From NCBI RefSeq assembly GCF_006345805.1, contig NC_043008.1, positions 65,224,001-65,288,000 of the forward strand: a stretch of 64,000 nucleotides of DNA, given 5' to 3'. The translations under genes were made by a program, and so were the position numbers. The notes beneath the pieces were generated by a model. It did not search any database. It worked only from the letters and a program-made list of their open reading frames with translations, and was not told where the DNA came from. Source of the DNA: Octopus sinensis. Its lineage: Eukaryota. This document shows, piece by piece, positions 40,241 through 53,761 of this stretch (positions are counted from its first letter, which is position 1; each line of letters begins with the position of its first letter).

Positions 40241-41793
40241 CTATTTAAAAGCCAGATAAGTGTAACGCCGCCAATGGGGGCATCGAAAAGCCGACTGTAA
40301 AAGCCCGTTTACCATCCGGCCTCTGGCAAACAAAATATGGAAGAGTTCGGAGACACAAAGGTTGCACTGCCTTCTGCCCCTATCAAATGGGAGGGCCACC
40401 GACAAAATTGACCATTCCAGCCTGTAGCTTAAGTTCGTATCCTTCAGCCGCCATATTAGCTTACTGAGTCCCGTGGTCTGGCGCTTGTTCATGTCCCGAA
40501 AAGTTGCGTAATGGTTGGAGACACGCAAAGACAACCTTGAGGATGAGGCCCCTACATAAGTGAAGACATCTGAGTCCGTGTAAACCTTGCATTGGTAGAC
40601 GGCGTTTTTGATCTTGGAGTTCGCCGACGTGAATCTTATTCTGCTAGGATTAGTTTCTGAAATTAGAACTGCGTTCCTGTCATTATATTCGTTCCGAGAC
40701 CTGCAGCCGCTTACTACTCTATTTTCCACTACGTCACTATTAACTATAGGAATAACCCCTGATTCTCCACTATCTATCAGAGTGCTGTCATTGCTACTGC
40801 CCGTGGTGCTGCTATTGCGGGAAATGATGCTGGGGATGCTATTGGGGCTCTCTACCCTACTCCCATTGTTACCGTCAACCACAACACCCCTATTTATAAC
40901 TATACCCCTAGTGGGTACTCCCTGGCTGGAGCTGAGATTATGTGTCACTGTACTGGCTCTCATATCATTATTACTACTATAATTATTCCTACTGAGCATA
41001 AAACCGGGAGCGGAAGAGGCTGTGCCTCCGGAAAAAGGTGATAGGGTCTTAGTAAGTAGCCTATTATTATGGGAGGCGATTATCTGGGCGAGGTTTTTAG
41101 TGTTGGAGAAAGCTATCCTAACTTTATGCGAGTTAACCGTGGAGTAATATTTGGAATTTCTGGGGAAGTTATTGGCGATGGCTTGTCTAAACATGAGGGG
41201 GAGGTTAGTTCTAATCTGCTTACCAAAGGGGATTACAAACCATATATGCTTATTCCTATCAGTGTGATGGGTCGGGACGCCAGCTCTCGCGTTCGGGTGG
41301 GTGATTCTCGGATGAATAACGGGTCTTGGGTTAGTGTAAGACCTCCCGGACCGATAATTATCCTTGTTCGCTAAATTAAATGCGGGAGCGACTACCCCGG
41401 CATCCGCCGCGCTCCCGTCCTTACTTAAAATGTTAATGTTATTATATACGGCCCTATCCTGATGACCGAATGATGGCATCGGAAGGGCCGGATCAATATA
41501 AATTACCTTCTGCCTATAACCGGCCTTAGATAGTGCGGCGTTATAAAATTCCGCTTTCTGCATAAAAATATCGGCACTGGCGGACAAGCCAGACAATCTT
41601 AGAGAGATGTTTTTAACCAAATTGTCTGTTACGGTTTTGGCATGATTTGAGAAGACACTGACATACTTCAATTTAGTGGAAGGCTTATGGTAAGGGCAGT
41701 ATGAGTCGCTATTAAGGTTAAGTGTAACGTCTAGGAAATTAGCCTTGGTGAGTTCATTATCAAAAACTATACTCATGCCCATTCTATTAAAAA
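40241..41793 (-). CDS. Uninterrupted C-terminal 513 aa (RT end, thumb, linker, GIY-YIG) of the 5'-truncated tandem copy
   Basis: Open ORF 40241-41782 matching the left copy; it restores the frame at every left-copy frameshift it overlaps. Confidence 0.9.
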
Positions 41794-41901
41794 CACCACG
41801 AACAGAATAGTGCAGAAAACTAAGAGCAGGTTAGCTAGGTTTTTTAATAGAATGGGCATGAGTATAGTTTTTGATAATGAACTCACCAAGGCTAATTTTC
41901 T

Positions 41902-42092
41902 GTATACCGTTGGCGATTTTTTTCTCTCTGTCTTCCCTTCTCTGGATCTTTCCTTCTATGTTTCCGACGAAGAGCTCCGCTCGAAACGTTGAACCCTCCG
42001 TCTTTCCTTCTTTCCTGAGCCTCCAATAATACTATATTTGTTCCACGTCCTCGCGTTGTTGCGTTTTTTTGTGCTTTCTTGTTTGGATTAAC
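41902..42092 (+). mobile_element. Terminal fragment of a second repeat with a minimal HHR-like motif, joined to the PLE 5' junction
   Basis: CCGACGA-A-GAGC(TCC)GCTC-GAAA-CGTT at 41964-41990; ends in (TA)n at 42093. Confidence 0.5.
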
Positions 42093-42122
42093 TATATATA
42101 TATATAAATATATATATAAGTA

Positions 42123-42172
<50 letters not shown>

Positions 42173-42663
42173 AACGCAACGTATGGGTGCGTGTGGGTTA
42201 TTGTTTTTGTTCACGTATACGTGTATGTGTATATAAGTATACATTCCCTGTATCAACTTTCAATGTACAAACTCATACACGTATGCATGTATAAATCATC
42301 TGTGGTAGTTATATGCATAATATATATGCACACACACATATATATGCATATTTATCTCTTGCTCACTTTCTCTGTCTCTCACTCTCCTCCCCCCTCTCTC
42401 TCTGTCGCTTTTTATACATACATGTTGCCACATATATCATCTGAAGTAATTGCTTCTATCTGTGTGTCTATGCGATTATTGGATTGTGGCTGTTTATATC
42501 TTGAACTAATACATATACATAATCAGAACAGAATGATGAAAAGAAAGGAAAAAGAAAAGAGAATATCAAAGTAAATTTGAACCAAAATAATCGTTACACA
42601 AACATACTCACTCACCGAGTATACATATTTTTATGTGCGTGTATACATATAAATATGTATATA

Positions 42664-42701
<38 letters not shown>

Positions 42702-42890
42702 ATGTGTGTGTGTGTGTCTGTGTGCGTGTGTATGCATGCGTGTATATATGTATAAATGTATATTGATATTGTTTCTCTTTTCAACTTCGTCGCGCACCCG
42801 GCAACGCTCATTTGCGTAGATATATAAAATGCACCCATATATACTTACATATATGCGTGCGTATGTGTGTTTGTATATATATATAATATA

Positions 42891-42934
<44 letters not shown>

Positions 42935-43749
42935 TATTTATACGTATATGTTTATATACATATATACATATATAAATATATGTCTAGATATATACTTACA
43001 CACATACCTAATTATATATACATTATATATATGTATATCCGTATTGGTGTATGTAAGTATATATATATATATATATCGACATACATAGACACATATGCAT
43101 ATAATGTGCAAGTTATGTGTGTTTTCAGAGAGAGAGAGAGGGGTGGGAAGAGAATACATAAAAAAAATAGAACTATGCAAATCTGCCATAAAGTGAGGAA
43201 TTATTAAAAAATACCCAATAACTAATGAAAGACATATGGCTTTAGAGAGTATCACAAGACATAAATGTTAGAGCAATTTAGAAAATTTTGGAGTCAGCTG
43301 GTCAAAGACTGGAACCACATATGAATTCTTTATCGAACTGTCTAATAGCAATTGGCACTTGATAGTACAAGATCAATAGTTCTAGAAAAAAAATTATAAC
43401 AGCATCGCTATTGTAAGCTTGCTTTTTGTTGTTGTGGTGATGGCGTTATGGCTATAGGGAGGAAAAGAGTAGACGCACGCGCAGTAAATGACAAAACTGA
43501 CTTTCTTTGACATATTTTACAATTCGCACGGCCGTCTGTGCACTGGAACTTTATGATACTACTAGAACTTTATTCGTTTTTGTGTTGGTTACTGTTGTTG
43601 TTGATCTTGTTATTTCTGTATTTGTTTCAGCTTGTCTGTGTTTTTGTTGGATTTTATTCTTGATTCTTATTCTTTACTGCTGTTTCGGGTGAAGTTGTTA
43701 ATGCTGTTGATGATGTTGTTGCTAGATAACTCCGATCAGCCCAACAAGG

Positions 43750-44500
43750 TGGAAGTTCTAGGAGGCGAAAAATGGTGAGTGTATCTTTCTTTGTTAAATC
43801 AATTTTTCCTGCTGTTGGCATTCTTACTTTATTCTGAGATTTCTTTGTTTTCCTTCAGATTTATGTCTGGAACCATCTAACCACCATAATAATTGTGTAG
43901 ACTGCGATGGTTTTTGAGATATATTTTCGGCTTTAATAATGTAACATTTACTGCTCTCACTAGACTCTGTTTCATGATGCCAGTGACATCCTTAGTATAT
44001 AAATTTTTGCTGTTAATTTGAATATGTTAAGTTTTCATAGTTTCATCTTCGCTGAGAAGTGTTGAGTTTTAAAGACAAAAATCGTTTGAATCTATTTGAA
44101 CCGCAGTCCTTTTATTATATATTCCTATGCCTATGTTTGAAGTTTTGTAGAGAGTTTGTTTAAATATACATAATCGTCATGTTAACGCGCCCATGTATGA
44201 CACGTATACTGCTGAAGTAATGTAGAACATTGCTCGTCTCTGTCACAGAATCTCTCAAAGGTTATCTTAGGTACACCTCTGCCCCGCTTACGATATTTTG
44301 TTTAACTTCATTCCCAATTGTGGTATCTATAAATGAATAAACACCACATCCCCTACGACTAATCTCATTCTACTTGATATCTGCAGCAAATGCATCCAAT
44401 TGCTTTGATTCAAAGTCTTTCCTTCTTTCTGTGTGTCTGTTTCTTTCTTTCCTGCTTTTAAATCCATGCTACCTGTACTGTTTTCCTAAATTTTCCAGGA
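43750..44500 (-). pseudogene. Possible decayed APE-endonuclease region of a LINE
   Basis: Weak remnants resembling DI..LQE, R.GGGV.I, VY and MGDFN in order; not firm. Confidence 0.25.
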
Positions 44501-44744
44501 ATTAACTGCGAGCCAGATATAACTTAGCTTGCCACCCAGGATTGTTATCCTTCACCGCGTGTCTATCTGTAGACATCATTCTTAGGGACTCAAACTTCTC
44601 AATAGCATATATCTTAAATATTCTGGATCTAAACTATTCTAATCTTCAAACCCAACTGGTACCGTTTTCCAACTGTCTGTTCAGGTTTGTGGTTGTTTCA
44701 ACTCTCCTCAGTCACGGTTATGAACTGCATTGCGTAGGCACTGG

Positions 44745-45125
44745 TATGAATGTGTGGTTAAGAAACTCACTTGATAGCCATGTTGTACCGGGTTCAACCC
44801 TTCTATGTGGTATCTTGGGTGACTGTCTTCTGTTATATCCCCGCGCCGCCCAATGCCTTCTGAATTTGGCATACGGGAATAGTGTGCAATCCCTCGTATA
44901 TAAACGCGCGTGTGTGTGTGTGTCAGTGTGTCTTTTTGTCTGCATTTGCTCCCTTCCGACTTATTGGCTACCGTTATTCGTCTGTTCATGTTCACAAAAC
45001 TTAGCGCTTCAGCAAAGGAACAATAACATATGTACTGGAGGTGTGTGATCTGTTTGACTAAAACTCTTAAAGGTAAGGTTCCAGCGTGCAGGAAGCTCAG
45101 TGATTCAAACAAGTACAAGACAAAA
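44745..45125 (+). mobile_element. SINE family B, diverged
   Basis: Degenerate head, core and tail in the same order; a 3' half copy also lies at 27378-27550. Confidence 0.6.
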
Positions 45126-45583
45126 GATAAATGATTCACAAGCTAAGAGTTCCCATCATCTTTCAGCAAACCATGACACATAAGCCCCTCGCGTCTACAT
45201 TAGCTATGCATAAAAGTGCATACGTTCCAACCTTTGTCTAGAGCTCATGTAATGCCTATCATTTAAAGTGGGCAGTTTTTATCAACCAGCCCCTAAGCCT
45301 GTCATCTAAAACGCAAAAGTTTTAACCGTACTTCACAAAGCTTGTAAGATTTCCAGCTTGCTAAACCTATGGTTTATAGCCTGATGTTATGTCTATTTAT
45401 GAATCAATGGAATACCACTTCGTTCTCGGCCATCATATCTATATAATATCGTCCTCACGGAGAAATCCGCTTCAAATGCGACCCAATTGTCATCCAAATA
45501 TCCAACACCAACACTTGATAATATTTTTGAAACAAATTTTCTTTTTCAGTCTACCAGAATCAATAAAACATATGCATAGGCAT

Positions 45584-45829
45584 AGGAGTGGCTGTGTGGT
45601 AATTAGCTTGATTACCAACCACATGGTCCTGGGTTCAGTCCCACTGCGTGTCACCTTGCGCAAGTGACTTCTAATATACCCTCGGGTCGACCAAAGCCTT
45701 GTGAGTGGATTTGGTAGACGGAAACTGGAAGAGGCCCGTCGTATATGAAGATATATATATATATATATATATATACTTTATTTAAAGCAGCAGAAAATTC
45801 AACAAAACCTGTTACTTTGAGTTTACTCC

Positions 45830-45916
<87 letters not shown>

Positions 45917-46156
45917 ATGTATGTATATGCATATGTATGTGTGTGTATATATGTGTGTGTCCGTGTTTGTCCTCCCAACATCGCATGACAACCAATGCCG
46001 GTGTGTTTACGTCCCCGTAACTTGGCCTAGTATTTATTCGACTGACCGAATAAGTACTAGGCTTACAAGGAATAAGCTCTGGGGTCGATTTGTTCGACTA
46101 AAGGCGGTGCTCCAGCATGGCCGCAGTCAAATGACTCAAGTAAAATAGTAAAGAGT
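45584..46156 (+). mobile_element. SINE family B, full length with nested insert
   Basis: Head AGGAGTGGCTGTGTGGT..GGGTTCAGTCCC, insert at 45776-45831 in the TA tract, tail ends GTAAAAGAG. Confidence 0.85.
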
Positions 46157-46960
46157 ATATACGGACGGCAATCATGAAAGTGTCTGCGACCACAACCTTG
46201 TGGTGTTCCTTCCACCGCCTGCATTCACGACACTCAAAAATCCCTATAGTTCCCCATTCCACTTTTAGGCACCATTCCTGGTATGCCAATCATAAATCTA
46301 TTTCGTTTACTTCAAGTAACATAGAATGAGACCAGCACTTTATTCAACCCCTTGAATTTTTCTTCATTCTTGAAGACCACAATTACGGATTCTGTAAAAG
46401 TAGATTTAATGAAAACTTGATCTAAGTAGCTCACCATTCCATCATAGCTCTTGAGAAATTCTTTAACGCAATATCATATCACTTGATTATATCACATTAG
46501 TCCAGGTAGGAATATATTCTTAATTAACTGCAATCTAGGGCTCCATCCAGGCGGATGGAGATTCGCTATTTTAGAAAAAAAAAGAGTAGTTGAATGGGGT
46601 GCTTTGCTGCAGTGACAGGGTAAAAAGAACTGGAAGCCCTTTGAATATTTCCTCTCATCGTTTGATAATTTGAGTTCAAGTCCGACCTTTAGTATATTTG
46701 CCATTTCAATCAAGATAGTCTAGTACAAAACTTATCCTTTACACTTAACGCAGTCAGGGGAAATAAATTATATTTCAAGTGTTATACCACTAACTTCGGC
46801 AAGTATATAAATCATATTTACTCCATATATATGTATATTTGCCGTATATAAAATATATTTCTGTTTATTAACTGCATGGATTTATCATCTCCGTATTATA
46901 TGCTCATTCTTGCAGTGGAAGAGAAGCAACACATTCATTAATCATTGTGATAACGTTACA

Positions 46961-47023
<63 letters not shown>

Positions 47024-48699
47024 AAACTGTCGTGTGATGGCGTCCAAAAAAGGAACTGAGTGCTTAGGATTTACCTAATCAATTATTATACGGTTTGAAA
47101 GACTTCGTGTCCCGTACGAAATCCTGCACGGCATTCAGTACAAGAGATGTAATTTAAACAGGTTTCTGTGGAAGAATTCTTACCAAATATATCTATAGTA
47201 CATTGATAAATACTGGACCCAACCGTAGAAGTTCTTTGATTATAAACCACCTAATGTTAACCTTCATTTTATCTCCTATTCATCAAATATATATTCGGTA
47301 AACACACCGTGAAGATGTATATAAACTAATTCTATTGAATATATGGTTCCATTTTGTCTGAGAAGTTGGAATAACTAGAAACTCATATCGAGAAATATCC
47401 AAATACTAATTATTGATGGTTTTCCATATGCAGAGGCCTGATAATTTGTTCAATTCTCTGGTAACTGAATAAACCAAAATGATAAGAAACAAATACATGA
47501 ACATCGAAATATTTCTTTCGTTCTTACTTTACATTCGTGACGTCTAAGAATACTAAAATAAAACACATGCTTGGAAAGTATCAAAGTTGTAGCAGCGAAG
47601 ACAAAGTATTGAACATGGTTTCAAACCCACTTCATTCCATTTCATAGTCAGAAGTGGTGTTTATTATAGTTTAGCCCGTGGTAAGTATTACTCTACAACA
47701 TAGATCTGTGAGCAATAAGTTACATTCAGAATCAATCCCATTGTTTCTATTTATCACACTCAATATATTTTAAATCACATTATATGAAGTAAATATATTT
47801 ATCTACTAAAGAGATTAGGATATGACTTGACAGACGTTTGAGCTATATAATCTCGTTGGATCCCTTTCATTGTTGATATTGGTGGATCATTTATTCAACT
47901 GCACCAACTTCGCTATACAGAGGAGGATCGAATATTTTTTGGAATAGCACCTGTGTTCTAGACAGTAGATTATATGCAATTTTCTTCATCTAAGTCTTAG
48001 TAAATTTGTACTTGAAGCAGAATATATAGAGCGTTGGACAAAACGCTTATCGGCACTTTTTCTAGCCTTTTTACGTTCTGAGTTCAAATTTTGCCTCTCA
48101 ATCATTCGGAGTCGATAAAACAGGTTCAAGTTGATCGCTGTAGTCCATATAATCGTCAAGTGCATTCACCTAAATTTCAGGCCTTAGAAACACTTACGAT
48201 TACAGCTATCGTTCTGCTTTAAACGAGCGTCGCATCGGCTCCCGGAGGTCGGTTAAACATTACTAAAATAATTAGTTTATCGTTGAAACAATTTTGTTAC
48301 AGTTTTAAATAGGTACCATTGCTTCACTGCTAACGGAATGGGATTGTCAAAAAGTACAATATTCGTAATATTTATTTGCCTTTGTTTTGTTTTGTTCTTT
48401 GTATTTGTTATCGAAATATAGCGACTAAAACACCTACCATGTAGGTAGGTTCAAGGCGAAAAATACAGCATACAATATAGCGTGTGTCGTGTGACTCCAA
48501 TTGTGTAATCTGTTCTGGACTATGTGGGTTTCTTTGTCGCCCCTGCTTGACGTTTACTCCTTTTAGGTCACTTTGTTGTTTTTTGCTCCTGTTGTTGTTA
48601 TTTACACATGTTAATGGGATTTTCCCACAGTCGTTCTCTTTTTATTGCCGAAAGTGATTTGGGGAACCTTGTAGTTAAGAGAGTGATGTTGTTGTTACC

Positions 48700-49800
48700 G
48701 CTTTGTCGCACGATTGCGGTGTAACGCATGTGATAGCTGTCTAAAACCAGTTGATTGAGATCCAAATAGACCCAAGATGTGCTGTTTTCTGTAATTGTTC
48801 CACTCGATGTTGTCCACGATTTTTAAAAAATAGTTTCCAATTCTAGTGCTCATATTAAGTATTGGAACGCTGTTGAGTCTGGACTTCCCATACCGTTTCT
48901 GGAAAAGTATGGACAACTAGTGAATGCTGAGATGAACCTAAGGTCAGGAGGGGTCTCAATGGATACACAAGTCCTAAATTCTCTAAATGATCAGACTGCT
49001 ATACCAGAATATTCTCCCGTTTACTGTGTAGAAGACATGAAGGTTAGTGAATCTAGGTTCAAACGTACCTGTTACATTTATAAAAACAAATCTTTCACGG
49101 TCTTGAATAATGTTGTACTGTTAACATGGTCATTCATGCTGCTGCTTCCAGTCGAGAGATTGGCCGGAACATCAACCTCGTCTTTGATCCGAGAATTAAA
49201 ATGCTGAAGCACGATCTCTCATCCAAGGGACGGGGGAAGCGCTACCTCTCACTAGTCTGCTATCGAAAATAATGCAATACCGAAATCCGTCTCCTAGCTG
49301 TACCACTCTATCCACTGGGGCGCTGAAACAGTCTCGCAGACAGATGGGGGTGAAGAGACGAATAAGTAGTCAGCTTCTTCAGAAATCTTCCACAAATCTT
49401 TTGAAAATTTGTATATCGGGATAAGTAGATTCCAGATACTCGATTAATAACAAGCTACTTTTTGAGTTAATATATAAGTTGGGGGTTACTTTTCCGGTGA
49501 GTTTGTGGATAGACTTGGAATTAATAGTAGCCTACTGTAAAAGGAAATGCTATAAGTCCAGATCAACATGAAAGGCTTGCAGTAAAACAGAACACCGACA
49601 AATTGTCTATGTGAGTCCTTTCATAATTTGTTTTCAAGAGATGCTTACAAATGACATTTTGTCTAAGTGGATCCTTAGATAAAAGTTTTCGAGAGATGCA
49701 TAAAGCAACTTTGGGTAACGCCAGATGTATACAATATATATTGGCAGAAGAGAAATATTATGTAGACTTCCTCGAAGCAATCAGTGGGTTCCCATCGTGT
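48700..49800 (-). pseudogene. Highly decayed CR1/L2-like LINE RT fossil
   Basis: Scattered motif remnants in the expected order: NISLLP, DL..F, PQ, LF..D, YTVNG..LG, YFLKIVD..WN. Confidence 0.4.
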
Positions 49801-50282
49801 AACTCCAAATGTTTTTATATGATACATTAGCTAACATTATTACTTGATTTGAGCATTTTTCTCTCTCCAGTTCCAGCTCAGAACTGCGGCCATGCTGATG
49901 CACCGTCGTTAAAAAGAAATACTGAACAACCTTACTCAATTATTAAACCTTATTGGTTTTGTGTCAGAGGTGTCTACACCATTCTGACAATTATTTTATT
50001 ATAATTTTATATGTAATCTGTGTTTTACTAAACTTGCAATCTGTCTGTTTGATAAACTTTTCGTCCCGTAAAACCATATTGATAATTTAGCTTTAAAATA
50101 TTGAATTCGCAATTTTGAATTTCAAAATTCGCCCTTAAAGGGTGAATTGTCGCCAGACCATCTCACCATTCCTGCATCGAGCTGGGTTATATATTTAAGA
50201 GTTCAACAAAATTTGGAATACCAACCAATAAAACATTTTTTCACAAAACTTACGAACCACGAACATGCATCACCTTGCTTCG

Positions 50283-50475
50283 AAGAAGAGGTAGTAGAAG
50301 AAGAAGAAGAAGAAGTAGAAGAAGAAGAAGAAGAAGTAGAAGAAGAAGAAGAAGAAGAAGAAGAAGAACAACAACAACAACAACAACACAACAACAACAA
50401 CAACAACAAGATGATGATGATGATGATGATGATGATGGCGATGTTCTTCTTCATCATTATCATCATCATCATCAT
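50283..50475. repeat. Compound (GAA)n-(CAA)n-(GAT)n-(CAT)n repeat
   Basis: Direct inspection. Confidence 0.9.
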
Positions 50476-50982
50476 GGTTAAAAATTGCACAAATTCTGTC
50501 ATTTTCAAGTTCTTTTCTTATAACACCAAAGACTTACATCATTTAACGAATGAAGTGGTTCTGATCTTTCAATCTTGATGCCATTTCACGTCATTTACCT
50601 CCTAAAATCTTTTATAAGAGAAGGGCATGAATTTTATAAACCCTTGTTGTGATACTACTATAGCCATGTTCTTGAGTTTTACTTTAATATTTCCTCGTAG
50701 AATTTTTGGAAAGAATTTATTATTTCTTTTTACTGTGTTTCTTTCCTGTGTATCACTGATATTACACCATAAATAGCACTTTGGGAGTTATTATTATATA
50801 TCTTTACGTAGCGTAACCGATTCTTCGTAGCTATATTTTGCTTCTCATCCCTATGCAAAAACATCGAAGCTCATATACAATCTATCTATCTATGCCTATA
50901 TATCTATATATCTATATGTATACATATATATACCTATATATATATATATACATATATATGTATATATATATATATATACATA

Positions 50983-51053
<71 letters not shown>

Positions 51054-51084
51054 GTATATATGTATACTTATATGTATATATATG

Positions 51085-51137
<53 letters not shown>

Positions 51138-51740
51138 CAAAAAAGGCACGTTCTTACACTGACCCATACACATGCACGCACGTACACAATCGAACACACT
51201 CGCAAACCCCAAAATATATCTTTCATCTTGCTATGCTCTCTTACTTCCTGTTCTCTTGGCTGATGATTTCTCAGTTATCTGCCCTAAAGAATATATTTAT
51301 ATCCCAAGCAAAATATTTCTAGCATATACTATTGCCTGATCATTCTATCGTATAGCTTCATACATAAAATACCCAGATATATGGTACAGATATATACGTA
51401 AGTAAGCACATACGTGAGTGTGAATATACATATGTATCGTTATTCGCTTATTCGTTATTACAAATTTTATATTTAATTTTTCTTCCTTTCTTACTTTCGT
51501 TTCTTTCTGCCTTTCATCATTATTATTTATTGCGCTTTTTTGTTTCCGTTTTTTTAATTTTTTTCACGTTCTTTCGTTCAGTGTGTACGTATTAAAATAT
51601 ACATGGATGAACTGTTAAGATTCAAATATATGGATTTAATGTACACCGACATACAATCAAACATACATATATCATTACAACTCTCTCTCCTCCTTCCTCC
51701 ACGTCTCTCCCTCTCTGCGATATATATATATGTATATATA

Positions 51741-51797
<57 letters not shown>

Positions 51798-53071
51798 CGT
51801 GTGTGTGTATGTGTCTATGCATGTATGTATGTTTGTATATATATATATATATATATATATAGATAAATATATATATATCTGTGGTGGGTGTATGTGTAAA
51901 TGTGTGTATACATATATATTCATGTATACATATATACATATTTATGCAATTATGTATGCTGGTATATTACATAATACATGCACAGAGATATACTTATATA
52001 ATATACAGCACGTACGCGCGCACACACAAACACACAAGCAAACACATTAATAATGTATTTGATTTATGTATTACCATTTCGTCATCATTGCTACAATAAC
52101 TACCGCTGCCATAACAACAGCCTCCACATCATCATCATCATCATTGCCTTCATCAGTAGAAGGCACACAAGAAGCAGTGGCAACATTAGTAGCAGCAGCA
52201 GCAACAGTAGCAGCATTATTACCATTTAAAATAAGATATACTGTATAGTTTTTTTTTATTTTTTATTTTTCCTTTGTTTTAGTTTCCAAAATCAGAGAAA
52301 TATTCTGTTCATTCGACTGAAATGATTATAGGCGTGCAAGGACGCTCCCCTGGAGACCATTTCCAGTGAAATTCCAATCCATAAAAGAGTTAAATGAGTG
52401 ACTTCTGTGATTCTGAATAATATCTATTCAAGAAACATTCTAAGAGAAGAAAGATCAGAAGTAACTGAAGGAAATGCATGAGAAATTCCGCTTTAAATAG
52501 ATCCACCTATCGTCACGCATCACAAAATTTGCCCATTATCATTACTATTGTTGTTGTAGTTGTTTTTGTTGTTGTTGTTGTTGTTGTTGTTGCCGTCGTC
52601 GTCATTATCATCACCGTGACAATAATCATCATATCCTCATCGTCATCATCACCAGCTTCATCGTCAAATTAACCTCCCTTATCGTTATCATTATTACTTT
52701 TGTTAGCCACAAGGGCATAGATGAGGCTGACATCACAAGGTCAGACAACACTTTGTGGCGATTTACATAAAAAAAAGATGAGAAAGGAATTGAAAAACCA
52801 GTGAAATCCGATAAAAATATACATATTATACAAAGTATGAAATAAGAAGCATGATGCAGTTTTTCCTGATTCGGAAGTCCACTCATCCGGGATTAAAATT
52901 ATCACTAAAATTAGGAGCTCTTCTCCTGCTCTCCAACCTACAGGCACATACTTGGAGTCGGGCCATTCACTCTAACCATTTTGGTCACAGTCACCCATCT
53001 TTATACAAATTCACTGGGAGGTAGCACTTCCATCTCCTTTCCAAATGAAACTTAAAAATGTCGATGAGGAG

Positions 53072-53088
53072 TATTATTATTATTATTA

Positions 53089-53147
<59 letters not shown>

Positions 53148-53162
53148 CATCATTATCATTAC

Positions 53163-53207
<45 letters not shown>

Positions 53208-53230
53208 TATTATTATCATTATTATTATTA

Positions 53231-53265
<35 letters not shown>
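53072..53265. repeat. (ATT)n/(ATC) microsatellite
   Basis: Direct inspection. Confidence 0.95.
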
Positions 53266-53692
53266 GAGAGAGAGAGCAGTGCCTGCCATCAAAGTGACAC
53301 AGTATACCCATCATGACTACCTGTCTGATAAGGGTACACCAGGCACATGCATCAAAAACCATATGTGCGCGACATGGTGATCTCATACCAAAATAAACAG
53401 CACATGACCTTGCAAGTGGGTCTCAGTTAGAATTTTTTCTTCTGGTTGAGTAACCCAACCTCCTCATAAGGTCTCTAAATAAGGGTTGTTTAAGTATGTT
53501 GAACGAAACACACATGTTTCCAGAGGTGAATTATTCAAACTCCAAAGAATCCCTCTCAACACATGGCTATGATGCTCCCAACCACTTCTGCTCGTGATCA
53601 GAGATGCGTATATCGTCAGCCACTAAGGGACATGGTCAAGAGGTTAAGGTCAAACAACTGACAAGCAAATCTGTGGTATTCAGTTGAATATT
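53266..53692. mobile_element. Unclassified about 430-bp element embedded in (ATT)n
   Basis: Relatively GC-rich, non-coding block with sharp boundaries between two (ATT)n arrays. Confidence 0.4.
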
Positions 53693-53702
53693 ATTATTGT
53701 TG

Positions 53703-53761
<59 letters not shown>

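Larger units (their letters stand above)
35753..41898 (-). mobile_element. Penelope-like retroelement (Naiad-type): full unit plus upstream 5'-truncated tandem copy (pseudo-LTR) and inverted 5' junction
   Basis: 35753-38188 and 39367-41793 are near-identical direct repeats (period about 3614 bp). The ORF has RT and GIY-YIG motifs, each repeat contains an HHR fold, and the element abuts (TA)n on the left. Confidence 0.93.

Noticed and set aside
46958-47030. ACAGTTT-(TA)n-AAACTGT palindrome
   Set aside because: Only 7 unique bp per side; compatible with chance around a self-complementary TA run.
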